Assembly (NCBI GenBank): GCA_963675665.1
Contig: OY776510.1
Coordinates: 1,184,001-1,248,000 of the forward strand
Direction: 5' to 3'
Source of the DNA: Spirochaetia bacterium
Lineage (GTDB): Bacteria > Spirochaetota > Spirochaetia > UBA9216
DNA: 64,000 bases
Within the stretch, counting starts at the first letter, position 1; each line of letters opens with the position of its first letter. Below are positions 1-9,331 of this stretch, piece after piece. The notes beneath the pieces were generated by a model. That model saw only the letters and a program-made list of their open reading frames with translations. It did not search any database and was not told the origin of the DNA. The translations under genes were made by a program, and so were the position numbers.

Positions 1-163
1 AAATATTAGACAGGGTAAAATCCGCCGCTTTCGCGATTTTCTGCAGGGTAATTTTATCATAGGCTTCAGTGCGAAAAAGCTTTTCGGCTGCAGCAAGAAG
101 ATCTCCGGTTCGCTGTTCGATCTGTTCACTTTTTCGCGCGCGCTGCCAGTTCTTTCTGCTCAT
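1..163 (-). CDS. TetR/AcrR family transcriptional regulator (3' part runs off the window)
   Basis: Not in the ORF track. Manual translation from ATG at 163 gives MSRKNWQRARKSEQIEQRTGDLLAAAEKLFRTEAYDKITLQKIAKAADFTLSNI, a typical TetR N-terminal HTH. It starts 7 bp after the SDR stop. Confidence 0.85.
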   Translation of the reverse strand, partial: MSRKNWQRARKSEQIEQRTGDLLAAAEKLFRTEAYDKITLQKIAKAADFTLSNI

Positions 164-170
164 TTCTCTA

Positions 171-998
171 TTACAGCATTGATGATATCATTATGTCAAA
201 GATCCTGTCGCTTAAAATTTTTCTCAGAAAAATTGAAGATCCGGCCATATGTCCTGTAGCATATCTTGTTTTTGGCCTTTTTGCCTTTATGGCCTTTAGA
301 ATTGTTCCTGAAACTACTGATGCATCAGACAGACTGCCTCCCCGGTACATCTTTTCGAGCCTGTCGGCCGACAGGACGGCTGATTCGGCATATGCTCCTT
401 CAGCTGAGGTTTTTTTCAGGTTTTCCGCGGCAATTATTCCCCAGTCGGTTTTTATTCCGCCCGGTTCAATAATAATCGCGTCTATTCCGAACCCTTTGGT
501 TTCAAGTCTGAGACAGTCGGTCAGCCCTTCCAGCGCATGTTTTGTTGCGTGATACCAGCCCCCGAACGGAGAATAGATTTTTCCCGCCATTGATGAAATA
601 TTCACAATTTTACCGTACCTGTTTTTTCTCATTCCCGGCAGGACAAGCTGGGTTATCCGTGCCAGGCCGAAGATGTTAACCTCAAACTGCCTTTTTGCTT
701 CTTCAATTGGAACATCCTCAATTGTTCCGTATGACCCGTATCCCGCATTGTTGACAAGAATATCAATGGAACTCTCTTTATTAAGAATTGAATTAATTCC
801 TGTTTTTATGGATTCTTCATTTGTTATGTCCATTGAAACAGGTACAGCGCCTTTTGCAGCAAGATCGTCCATTTTTTCTACCCGTCGGGCTGCAACATAA
901 ACCTTTGCTCCTGTCTTAAGCAGTTCTTCTGCTGTGGATTTTCCTATACCCGAGGATGCACCTGTTACCAGGACTGTTTTTCCCTGTATTGACGGCAT
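171..998 (-). CDS. Short-chain dehydrogenase/reductase (SDR) oxidoreductase
   Basis: TGASSGIG, NNAGYG, YHATK (YxxxK), IEPG motifs; RBS GGAGGG upstream. Confidence 0.95.
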   Translation of the reverse strand: MPSIQGKTVLVTGASSGIGKSTAEELLKTGAKVYVAARRVEKMDDLAAKGAVPVSMDITNEESIKTGINSILNKESSIDILVNNAGYGSYGTIEDVPIEEAKRQFEVNIFGLARITQLVLPGMRKNRYGKIVNISSMAGKIYSPFGGWYHATKHALEGLTDCLRLETKGFGIDAIIIEPGGIKTDWGIIAAENLKKTSAEGAYAESAVLSADRLEKMYRGGSLSDASVVSGTILKAIKAKRPKTRYATGHMAGSSIFLRKILSDRIFDIMISSML

Positions 999-1026
999 TT
1001 TTCCCTCCGTTGATTAATCTTATAAA

Positions 1027-1091
1027 AGAAACTGTTTCTCTTATAATTTTAAAATAAGTGAAACAGTTTCTCTTGTCAAGAGAAACTGTTT
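1027..1091 (-). promoter_or_regulatory. SDR-tetR promoter with three GAAAC(T/A)GTTT operator palindromes flanking a TTGACA -35
   Basis: AGAAACTGTTTCT at 1027-1039. A perfect 15-bp inverted repeat AAACAGTTTCTCTTG-t-CAAGAGAAACTGTTT at 1061-1091 is centred on a minus-strand TTGACA (1074-1079). Confidence 0.7.
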
Positions 1092-1105
1092 ATAAAACTG
1101 TAAAT

Positions 1106-1135
1106 AAAAAAAAACCGCCTCCTGTCGGAAGCGGC
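1106..1135 (-). terminator. Rho-independent terminator after pstS
   Basis: Minus strand CCGCTTCC-GACA-GGAGGCGG hairpin followed by a T-run. Confidence 0.8.
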
Positions 1136-1175
1136 TGTTCACTTTTTTGTTATGAATGACTGAGTTTAAGTATAA

Positions 1176-2012
1176 CTATGGAAGGGCAATAAACCCTTCG
1201 TCTTCAGCGATAGTCTGTCCGTCGGAACCGAGAAGGTAGCCGATGAATTCGGCGGCAAAACCTTCGGGTTTGCCGAGGGTGATAACATTGAGTTTTCTTG
1301 AAATTTTATATTCTCCGCTGAGAATGTTGGGAACTGTGGGTTCTGAACCGTCTATAAGAACAGTTTTTGCACCGCTGCTGATTGCTTTATCAACATAACC
1401 GAGACCGCAGAACCCGATTGCATCGGGTGTTGACCCGACCTTTGTTACCATGTCTCCGTTGGATTCAACAGTAATCGCATCCTTGATAAATTCAGCCTCT
1501 TTTCCGAAAACCTTGTGAAGGGTAAGTTCCATAAAAGCTACTCTTGTTCCCGAAGCTTCATCCCTGTTTACTACAACGATAGCTTTATCCGCCCCGCCTA
1601 CCTCTTTCCAGTTTGTAATCTCTCCTGTGTAGATTCCGGCAATCTGTTCCCGGGTAAGGTTGTCAACAAGAACACTGTTGTTTGCTACTACAGCAATACC
1701 GTCAAGAGCGATGGGAGTTGCAACTGCTCCTGCTTCAATTTCCGCATCTTTGAGTTCTCTTGATGCTCCGCCGATGATATACACACCGTCGATTGCTCCC
1801 TGAACGCCTACTGATGAACCCTGGGCTTCATAAGAAAGCCGAACGGAAGAATCAACGGCTTCGTATGCTTCAATAGCGCTTCTTATTATCGGTTCAACAG
1901 TAGTAGAACCGCCCATAGCATAGCTTACTGAGGCAGTTTCCTGCTGTCCGCCCGCAATGACACCTGCAGTTACTACTGTAAGAGCAATTAAAATCATTAT
2001 AAATTTCTTCAT
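1176..2012 (-). CDS. pstS: Phosphate ABC transporter substrate-binding protein
   Basis: GGSTTV, QGSSVG, ASRELK, IALDGIAV, RDEASGT motifs; signal peptide; candidate Pho box upstream. Confidence 0.92.
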   Translation of the reverse strand: MKKFIMILIALTVVTAGVIAGGQQETASVSYAMGGSTTVEPIIRSAIEAYEAVDSSVRLSYEAQGSSVGVQGAIDGVYIIGGASRELKDAEIEAGAVATPIALDGIAVVANNSVLVDNLTREQIAGIYTGEITNWKEVGGADKAIVVVNRDEASGTRVAFMELTLHKVFGKEAEFIKDAITVESNGDMVTKVGSTPDAIGFCGLGYVDKAISSGAKTVLIDGSEPTVPNILSGEYKISRKLNVITLGKPEGFAAEFIGYLLGSDGQTIAEDEGFIALP

Positions 2013-2061
2013 TTTTCTCTCCTTATAGAGTAATATTCATAGAGGCATCATGGGTGCTGAC

Positions 2062-2100
2062 TGTAATCAATTTGTTAGTGTTATGTTAAATAAATGTTAA
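2062..2100 (-). promoter_or_regulatory. Putative Pho box (four hexamer direct repeats, 11-bp period)
   Basis: Minus strand TTAACA-n5-TTAACA-n5-CTAACA-n5-ATTACA, about 10 bp upstream of a CATGAT -10-like hexamer before pstS. Confidence 0.7.
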
Positions 2101-2132
2101 AAGATAAAATTCTTTAAAAAAGGAAGGTTCTT

Positions 2133-2942
2133 ATGAACTGGTTTCTGGCGCAAAACCATATTATGCAGGCTTTTTTAGCGACATTATTCACCTGGGCGGT
2201 GACCGCCCTCGGATCAGCAGTTGTCTTCTTTTTTAAGTCAATAAACAAAAAGGTTCTTGATGCCATGCTCGGATTTGCGGCGGGCGTTATGATTGCTGCA
2301 AGTTACTGGTCGCTTCTGGCGCCGGCTATTGAGATGTCTGAAGCCCGGGGAGGAACCCCATGGATTCCGGCGGTAATAGGATTTTTGCTTGGCGGTGTTT
2401 TTCTGTTTGCCGCTGACAAACTGATACCTCATGTTCATCCGGGATTTAAAAAGGGTGAAACAGAGGGGCCAAAAACAAGTCTTCAGCGGAGCGTGCTTCT
2501 GGTACTTGCAATAACCCTTCATAATTTTCCCGAAGGCCTGGCCGTCGGTGTTGCCTTCGGCGCCGCTGCTGCGGGACTTCCTTCGGCCGCAATAGGCGGT
2601 GCAATTGCGCTTGCAATAGGTATAGGAATACAGAACTTTCCGGAAGGCGCAGCTGTTTCCATCCCGTTGCGCCGTGAGGGATTATCGCGGCGAAGGGCCT
2701 TCATGTATGGCCAGTCCTCGGGGATTGTTGAGCCGATTGCGGGTGTACTGGGTGCCTTTGCAGTTGTCAGGATGGAACCGATTCTCCCGTATGCGCTTGC
2801 ATTCGCCGCCGGTGCGATGATCTATGTGGTTATAGAAGAACTCATACCCGAATCACAATCAGGCAGGCATTCCGATATTGCCACAATAGGTACGATGCTG
2901 GGGTTTTCCGTAATGATGCTGTTAGATGTGGCGCTGGGTTAG
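2133..2942 (+). CDS. ZIP family metal (zinc) transporter, GufA/ZupT-like
   Basis: [29 protein letters not shown] motifs; multiple TM segments. Confidence 0.93.
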   Translation: MNWFLAQNHIMQAFLATLFTWAVTALGSAVVFFFKSINKKVLDAMLGFAAGVMIAASYWSLLAPAIEMSEARGGTPWIPAVIGFLLGGVFLFAADKLIPHVHPGFKKGETEGPKTSLQRSVLLVLAITLHNFPEGLAVGVAFGAAAAGLPSAAIGGAIALAIGIGIQNFPEGAAVSIPLRREGLSRRRAFMYGQSSGIVEPIAGVLGAFAVVRMEPILPYALAFAAGAMIYVVIEELIPESQSGRHSDIATIGTMLGFSVMMLLDVALG

Positions 2943-3308
2943 AAAAAGCCCGGCTGCAGCTGCAGCTATCCCGATACCGAAATTAAGACCCACATTAAGA
3001 ACGGCATTGAACCCGCTGCTTTTTTGAAACAGTTCCACAGTTTCAACCGAAAAAGTGGAAAAAGTTGTAAGCGCCCCGAGAAAACCTGTTCCGATCATAA
3101 GTTTTACGCCCGGGGAAATGTTCCATGAGGACGAGCTTCCTGCAAGAAGCCCCAGTAAAAAGCAGCCTGCAGCGTTGACTGTAAGCGTGCCCAGCGGAAA
3201 GGTTCCGCCGGAAAGACGGATCACAAGAACGGATATCCAGTAACGGGCGTTGCTTCCGATGAATCCGCCGATGCCGAGAAAGAGAATTTTTCTTAATGCT
3301 TCCGTCAT
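2922..3308 (-). CDS. crcB: Fluoride efflux channel Fluc/CrcB
   Basis: [31 protein letters not shown] motifs. Confidence 0.95.
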   Translation of the reverse strand: MTEALRKILFLGIGGFIGSNARYWISVLVIRLSGGTFPLGTLTVNAAGCFLLGLLAGSSSSWNISPGVKLMIGTGFLGALTTFSTFSVETVELFQKSSGFNAVLNVGLNFGIGIAAAAAGLFLTQRHI

Positions 3309-3417
3309 AAGCCGATGATAACATTTAACTTATGCTTGTTCCAGAAGTATTGAAAAAGTGTACGGCAGATGCCGGTGAAAAACGGATAGAGTTTAATTAA
3401 ACGGGATTGCTGAGCGG

Positions 3418-3960
3418 TTACGGTTTCAGGAGTTCGAATTTGCCCTCGTTTTTGTTTTTACGCACATTGTCCCAGCTGAATACCGAAGCATTCATAACGA
3501 TATAAACCCCCGGGGAAAGAAGCTGAACGGCTGAAAACGCCGAACCCAGGTTAAACAGCGCGTCCGATCCTGAAATCGTGTACGGAACCATTGCTCCGGT
3601 CAGCACAATAGTCTTGTCCGAAAGACTGCCGCAGGAAGCCGGTTCACTGTATCTGAAAGCTTCACCAAGCAGTTCCGCTGTTCTGCACATTGTGTCTGTG
3701 CCGTGGGTAATGATGATCCTGTTCTGCCCGGACATTTCACATGAATAAATTATGCTTCTTCGTACATCATCCGTCATCTCAAGACTGTCAATCAGAATAC
3801 GGTTTTCAATTTCTATCCCGGTATTGGGGCGCACTATATTCAGAATTTCCGGGAGGTGTGTTTCCTGAAAATCGAGGACTCCCTTTATAGCATCATATTT
3901 TTTATCAAAGGTTCCGCCTGTGGCAATAATCCTGATGCCTTCTGTTTTTTCAGATGCCAT
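3418..3960 (-). CDS. Asparaginase domain protein (short, N-terminal domain only)
   Basis: ATGGTFDK, THGTDTM, VLTGAM motifs. Confidence 0.88.
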   Translation of the reverse strand: MASEKTEGIRIIATGGTFDKKYDAIKGVLDFQETHLPEILNIVRPNTGIEIENRILIDSLEMTDDVRRSIIYSCEMSGQNRIIITHGTDTMCRTAELLGEAFRYSEPASCGSLSDKTIVLTGAMVPYTISGSDALFNLGSAFSAVQLLSPGVYIVMNASVFSWDNVRKNKNEGKFELLKP

Positions 3961-3988
3961 GAATACTCCTGTTTGCAGGTTGCGGGTT

Positions 3989-4564
3989 TTACCTCAGACG
4001 ACCGCCGGATCCGTTAATCAGGCTGAGAAATTCAAGCCTTGTAGCTTCGCTTTTCCGGAAAGTTCCCAGCACGGAAGATGTCGTCATTACCGAATTCTGT
4101 TTTTCAACACCGCGCATCATCATGCACATGTGCCGACATTCCATGACTACGCCTACGCCTTCGGGAGCAACTGCGTCGGAAACTGCTTCGGCGACCTGTT
4201 CGGTAAGGTTTTCCTGTATCTGGAGCCGGCGGGCGAAGTGATCAACTATACGGGCAAGCTTGCTTACCCCTATGATCTTGTCGCTGGCCACATAACCGAT
4301 ATGACATTTACCGAAAAAAGGCAGCATATGATGTTCGCAAAGGCTGTAAACCTCAATGTCGCGCACGATTATCATATTATTGGATGTTGACTCGAATACT
4401 GCATTATTAATTACAGTTTCAAGATCTCCCCGGTACCCGCCGGTCAGGAACTGCCAGGATTTTGCCGCCCGTTCGGGTGTGTTCAAAAGTCCTTCGCGCT
4501 TCGGATCTTCTCCAATCTCAATCAGCAGCTCACGGATTAATCCTTCAACCTTTTTTAAGTTCAT
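3989..4564 (-). CDS. folE: GTP cyclohydrolase I
   Basis: [39 protein letters not shown] motifs. Confidence 0.97.
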   Translation of the reverse strand: MNLKKVEGLIRELLIEIGEDPKREGLLNTPERAAKSWQFLTGGYRGDLETVINNAVFESTSNNMIIVRDIEVYSLCEHHMLPFFGKCHIGYVASDKIIGVSKLARIVDHFARRLQIQENLTEQVAEAVSDAVAPEGVGVVMECRHMCMMMRGVEKQNSVMTTSSVLGTFRKSEATRLEFLSLINGSGGRLR

Positions 4565-4569
4565 TTCCG

Positions 4570-5178
4570 TTAAATCCTGACAAGCGCCGCATCTATTTCG
4601 GCGGCAAGCTCGGTATAGTTAAGCGCTACCGGAAGGTCCGGGTTTTCCTCTATTATGCTTTTGGGCGGGGTAAAAAGAATACCCGCATCGGCTTTTCTGA
4701 TCATTGAAAGGTCGTTGTAGGAATCGCCGGCGGCAATAACCTTCATGCCCATAGAGTGAAACCCTTCTACGGCTTTACGTTTGCCGTCCTTCTGTCTGAG
4801 CCTGTAACCGGAAATTCTTCCGTCAGCCGCAACTTCAAGGGTGTTACAGAAAAGGGTCGGCCAGTCAAGCTTTTTCATCAGCGGTTTTGCGAACTGCTCA
4901 AATGTATCGGACAGTATGATTACCTGCGTTTTGGCGCGCAGGCCGGCAATAAAATCCACGGCACCGTCAAGCGGATCCATTCCGCCGATAACCCTCTGGA
5001 TATCAGGAAGTTTAAGTCCGTTCGCATCCAGAATATCAATCCTGTAGTTCATCAGTTTGTCATAATCCGGTTCGTCCCGGGTTGTTTTTTTCAATTCGTC
5101 AATACCGGTATCAATTGCAAAATTGATCCATATTTCGGGGACGAGGACCCCTTCAAGGTCAAGGCATACAAGTTTCAT
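4570..5178 (-). CDS. thrH: Phosphoserine phosphatase / homoserine phosphotransferase
   Basis: [32 protein letters not shown] motifs. Confidence 0.95.
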   Translation of the reverse strand: MKLVCLDLEGVLVPEIWINFAIDTGIDELKKTTRDEPDYDKLMNYRIDILDANGLKLPDIQRVIGGMDPLDGAVDFIAGLRAKTQVIILSDTFEQFAKPLMKKLDWPTLFCNTLEVAADGRISGYRLRQKDGKRKAVEGFHSMGMKVIAAGDSYNDLSMIRKADAGILFTPPKSIIEENPDLPVALNYTELAAEIDAALVRI

Positions 5179-5239
5179 TATTCCTCCAATTCATTCCGCC
5201 GTGTTAAACAGGTTTAAGTTTGAACCTGGATCTTCAAGG

Positions 5240-5974
5240 TCAGTAACCTTTGTTCGGCAGAGCTCCGGCTACAATGGCCCAGAGTCTTTCACTAAGCTGT
5301 TTCCGCTCTTCATCATTAAGATTCACGGTATCAATATAAGGGTGGACCGTCAGCGACAACTCCGCCGGCCATATTTTTTTTCTTTCCTCATAGGTTTTAT
5401 AAGTTCCGTTTATTGTTACGGGAACTATGGTTAATCCGGCTTTTGCCGCGAGCAGAATGCTGCCGGGTTTAAACGGGGCCATTTTCTCACATCTGCTTCG
5501 TGTTCCTTCCGGGAAAATTACCTTGGGGTATCCTTTGGTTGCTTCTGCAATTCCGACTTCAATGTCGCGCATTGCCTTTCTGAAATTACCGCGATCAATA
5601 AACATGCAATGAACGGCCCTCATCCATAAACCGAGAATAGGCACCTTGCTGAGTTCGCGTTTGGCAATGAATCCGATTGTCGTCGGCAGATTGGCCATCA
5701 TGAACGGAATGTCCGCGTATCCCTGGTGGTTTCCTATGTAGATTATACGGTTGTGTTCCGGAAGGTTTTCCAGCCCTGTTACCGTCATTTTACAGCGGGC
5801 AAGGAGAAATACGAATTTACCCCAGGTTGAAGTTGCCCAATGCGTGAACCGGTTGAATCCTTTTTCCATTCGAAATAATTTCAGCAACCAGTACGGTATA
5901 AACAGCAAAATTGAAAGCAGCATGAATATGCCGAAAAACAACCCGAAAAACACCGTATTTAGCGTATATTTCAT
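5240..5974 (-). CDS. plsC: 1-acyl-sn-glycerol-3-phosphate acyltransferase
   Basis: NHQGYAD, FIDR, FPEGTRS motifs. Confidence 0.92.
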   Translation of the reverse strand: MKYTLNTVFFGLFFGIFMLLSILLFIPYWLLKLFRMEKGFNRFTHWATSTWGKFVFLLARCKMTVTGLENLPEHNRIIYIGNHQGYADIPFMMANLPTTIGFIAKRELSKVPILGLWMRAVHCMFIDRGNFRKAMRDIEVGIAEATKGYPKVIFPEGTRSRCEKMAPFKPGSILLAAKAGLTIVPVTINGTYKTYEERKKIWPAELSLTVHPYIDTVNLNDEERKQLSERLWAIVAGALPNKGY

Positions 5975-6053
5975 GCTCGAATCTTACTTTATTGTCGTAT
6001 GCTTGGCAATCCCGTTTAAGGGCTGTATACTGGTTGCCGATCCGGAGGGAAAT

Positions 6054-7178
6054 ATGCAGTTGTTTAATGATATAAAATCACACAACCCTGAGCTTTATAA
6101 GGCTGCGGAGATTGCAGTACGTGATGTTCTGTGTGTTAAAAAAGATGAAAAGGTCCTGATTGTAACAAATCCGACAGGCGATGTGGCCGAGATCTCATAT
6201 GCGCTCTATGATGCGGCGCTGAAAGCCGGGGGAAGACCGGTTCTGATGTTTCAGCCGGTAAAGGATCAGATGAGCTTTGCTTCAGACGAGGTAATAGGGG
6301 CTATAAAATCCGAACCTGAAATTATCATTTCAATGAGCGCCGATAAAATAGGAAAGGATAAGGCGGCCATTGTTAATCCGTATACAACCGAAGAGGGTAA
6401 AAAGATTGATAATACCTTTCACTACCTGATGGAAACAAAGAAAACACGTGCTTTCTGGTCGCCGGGAGTAACCAAAGATTTGTTCAAAAGTACAGTGCCG
6501 ATTGACTACAAGAGGCTGAAAACAGAAGCGGATGCGGTAAAGGATATTTTAAACAGGGCTGTTTCGGTCAAAATAACCAGCCCGGGCGGAACCGATCTGA
6601 CAATAGGGCTGAAAGGCCGCGAGGCTATGCTGGACAACGGGGATTTCTCGGTTCCCGGTGAAGGCGGGAATCTTCCCGCAGGCGAAACTTTTATTTCTCC
6701 CGAACTCGGAACATCGGAAGGCCGGCTCGTTTTCGACGGCAGTATCTCGCTGTATAACGGAGATATGCTTTTAAAGGATCCTGTTGTTCTAAGTGTTGCC
6801 GGCGGCTTTGTTTCTGAAATCAGCGGCGGTGAGGGGGCGGCCAAACTTCTCGAAACTATAGAGCTGGGTGAAAAAAATGCGATAGAGTTTGAGAAGGCCG
6901 GAAAAACTCCTTCCGGAAGCGGTGAAATGTATAAAAAGAATGCCCGCAACCTGGGCGAACTCGGAATAGGACTGAATCCGGCTGCCGGCATAATCGGTAA
7001 TATGCTCGGCGATGAAAAAGCATACAGGACAATACATATTGCAATAGGTTCGAACTATGATGATGACGCAAAGGCGTTAATTCACTGCGACTGTCTTGTA
7101 AAAGATCCGACGGTTACGGCAAACTTTGCCGACGGCAGCAAGACTGTTTTTCTTGATAACGGAGAGCTTAAGCTTTAG
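6054..7178 (+). CDS. Aminopeptidase, M29 / thermophilic metalloprotease family
   Basis: NLPAGE, ELGIGLNP, DEK...HIAIG, IHCD motifs. Start moved to ATG 6054 behind the GGAGG RBS because the track start overlaps plsC. Confidence 0.85.
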   Translation: MQLFNDIKSHNPELYKAAEIAVRDVLCVKKDEKVLIVTNPTGDVAEISYALYDAALKAGGRPVLMFQPVKDQMSFASDEVIGAIKSEPEIIISMSADKIGKDKAAIVNPYTTEEGKKIDNTFHYLMETKKTRAFWSPGVTKDLFKSTVPIDYKRLKTEADAVKDILNRAVSVKITSPGGTDLTIGLKGREAMLDNGDFSVPGEGGNLPAGETFISPELGTSEGRLVFDGSISLYNGDMLLKDPVVLSVAGGFVSEISGGEGAAKLLETIELGEKNAIEFEKAGKTPSGSGEMYKKNARNLGELGIGLNPAAGIIGNMLGDEKAYRTIHIAIGSNYDDDAKALIHCDCLVKDPTVTANFADGSKTVFLDNGELKL

Positions 7179-8466
7179 GCGGTTCTTCAGCCTGTTTTCC
7201 GGAAGTTTTGTTTTTGCTTTTCCTCAATTCTTTTGTGTTTAAAAGAATAATTGAGACTATCCGGTTTTTCTCGGTTTCTTCGATTTCGAGACAGTAATGT
7301 CCAATTGAGAGCTTATCTCCTTTTACCGGAATTCGATCAAGTTCTTCAACTATATATCCGGCAATTGTCTCGGCGTATTCAGTTACGGGCATCTCGATAT
7401 CGAAAGTGTCCGTAAACTGGTGAAGGGAAGTGTCTCCCATGACACGCCAGCTGTTATCACCGGTTTTCTGAATTCTTTCTATCCCGTTGTCTTCGTTTTC
7501 ATCGTAGAGCTCGCCGAGAATTTCCTCGATTATATCCTCTCGCGTGACGAGTCCCGCAAGCCCTCCATATTCGTCCAGAATTATCGAGATGTTCAGCATC
7601 TCCTGTTTCAGAAGATAAAAAAGTTCATGAAGTTTGCGGGTAGCCGGAATGAATATCGGTTCATGCATTATATCGGCAAGTCTTAAATTCCCTTCGCCCT
7701 TTAAAAGACAGGCTGTGACGTCGTTCGACAGTACGATTCCGGTGATATTTTCCGGTTCCCGCTCATAAACAGGAATACGTGAAAATCCGCTTGCGCTGAT
7801 GTCCGCGGCTGCCTCTTCAATAGACCGGTTTTTATCCAGACTGAAAACATCAGTTCTGTGAGTCATTATAGCCTGTACCGAAACATCGTTGAGCCGGAAC
7901 ACGCTTTTTACCATTTCGGATTCATAGTTTTCTACAACACCTTCTTCTTCGGCGGCATGCATCATATGCAGCAGCGCCTCGAATGAAATGGTTGTCTTGT
8001 CTTTTGGAATGATAAAACGTGTGATGAGCGAGCTTAATCCGCTTATCAGGAAAATAACAGGCCGAAGAATTGTTGACAGTACCCAGACCGGCCATGCGGA
8101 AATGAGACTGAATCGCACGTTCCAGGCTATCGCGATGCGTTTCGGAGTAAGCTCGGAGAATATCAGGATGATCAGGGTAAGAATGCCCGTCATTGCCCCG
8201 ATAAGCCTGGAGCCGAACAGCTGAATCGTCAGGTTTGTTGCTATTGCTGAAGCCGCAATATTGACCAGGTTGTTTCCCAGCAGGATTGTGGTCAGAAGCC
8301 TGTCCGGGTTTTCAGCCAGCTGTTTGACAAGTCTTCCCCTTCTGCCGTGTTCGCGGCCGATCTGTCTTATCTGGATAGAGGATAATGAAGTGTAGGCAGT
8401 CTCTGTGGCTGAAAAAAAGCCTGAAAGAATCAGCATAACTACCAATCCCGTAAACTGGGTAATCAT
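7168..8466 (-). CDS. HlyC/CorC (CNNM) family transporter: DUF21 + 2xCBS + CorC domain
   Basis: FFSATETA, LLTTILLGNNLVN, FSELTPK, FSRIPVY, DEYGG, EDIIEEILGE motifs. Confidence 0.93.
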   Translation of the reverse strand: MITQFTGLVVMLILSGFFSATETAYTSLSSIQIRQIGREHGRRGRLVKQLAENPDRLLTTILLGNNLVNIAASAIATNLTIQLFGSRLIGAMTGILTLIILIFSELTPKRIAIAWNVRFSLISAWPVWVLSTILRPVIFLISGLSSLITRFIIPKDKTTISFEALLHMMHAAEEEGVVENYESEMVKSVFRLNDVSVQAIMTHRTDVFSLDKNRSIEEAAADISASGFSRIPVYEREPENITGIVLSNDVTACLLKGEGNLRLADIMHEPIFIPATRKLHELFYLLKQEMLNISIILDEYGGLAGLVTREDIIEEILGELYDENEDNGIERIQKTGDNSWRVMGDTSLHQFTDTFDIEMPVTEYAETIAGYIVEELDRIPVKGDKLSIGHYCLEIEETEKNRIVSIILLNTKELRKSKNKTSGKQAEEPPKA

Positions 8467-8546
8467 AAGTCTTTACTCTCCGCCGGGATGCTGGTGCTGT
8501 ATATTACAAAAGAGAAATAAGGTTCAGGGTAAGGGTCGTCATCCAT
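8463..8546 (-). CDS. Putative 27-aa leader peptide MDDDPYPEPYFSFVIYSTSIPAESKDL (MgtL-like)
   Basis: Manual translation. Its TGA overlaps the CNNM ATG (ATGA). The acidic/Pro N-terminus resembles MgtL. A TTGATT-18-TAATCT promoter lies just upstream. Confidence 0.55.
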   Translation of the reverse strand: MDDDPYPEPYFSFVIYSTSIPAESKDL

Positions 8547-8670
8547 AACTACTTTGAGATTACAGGATCTGAAGGATTAAAATCAAGTAGGGAAAAACTA
8601 ATGCCGGTTTTCATTGTGTTTATTCTGAATATCAATTCAAATTGTTGCAGAAAGATGATAAAGTAAAATT

Positions 8671-9327
8671 ATGAAAAATATTTTATGTTTCGGCGATTCG
8701 AATACCTGGGGTTTTGACGGGGAAACCGGCGAGAGGTTTCCATTCGAGCAGCGGTGGACCAGTATTGTTCAGAACAGTCTTGGCGCCGGTTATAATATTA
8801 TTCCGGAAGGATTAAACGGCAGGACGACAGTCTGGGAAGACCCGTTCGGTCCATGCAGAAATGGTGCGGAAGCGTTGCCCTACTGCCTGCTTTCGCACGC
8901 GCCGCTGGATCTGGTTGTTATTATGCTGGGCACGAACGATTCCAAGAACTTTTATCACAATACTCCTTTTTCAATAGGCAAGGGGATAAGAAGGCTGGTT
9001 GAAATCATACAGGCCTCCGATTCAGGCCGCGGCGGCAGCGCCCCTCCTGTGCTGCTGGTAAGTCCTGCTCATGTCGGCGCCGGAAATCCGGATACCGCCG
9101 CTTTTGACATCCGCGAGTTCATGAATATCGATGGGCATGATCCGGTAATCGTTTCAAAAGGGCTGGCTTCGGAATATCAGAAAAAGGCGGAAGAATTCGG
9201 CTGCGATTTTCTGGATGCGGCAAATGTTGCCGTTGTCGGCGCTGCAGACGGAGTTCATCTGGGTGCTGCCGGCCATAAAAAACTGGCTGAATCAATTGCG
9301 GCAAAAATCAGACAGATGGAGATATAA
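8671..9327 (+). CDS. SGNH/GDSL hydrolase (arylesterase-like)
   Basis: FGDSNTWG, EGLNGRTT, MLGTND, DGVH motifs. Confidence 0.93.
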   Translation: MKNILCFGDSNTWGFDGETGERFPFEQRWTSIVQNSLGAGYNIIPEGLNGRTTVWEDPFGPCRNGAEALPYCLLSHAPLDLVVIMLGTNDSKNFYHNTPFSIGKGIRRLVEIIQASDSGRGGSAPPVLLVSPAHVGAGNPDTAAFDIREFMNIDGHDPVIVSKGLASEYQKKAEEFGCDFLDAANVAVVGAADGVHLGAAGHKKLAESIAAKIRQMEI

Positions 9328-9331
9328 AATA

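Noticed and set aside
3309-3417. Fluoride riboswitch upstream of crcB
   Set aside because: There is no GGCGATG...GCTGATG-type consensus, and the gene looks leaderless, which leaves no 5' UTR.
5751-6053. N-terminal extension of the aminopeptidase ORF
   Set aside because: It overlaps plsC on the opposite strand, and a good RBS precedes ATG 6054.
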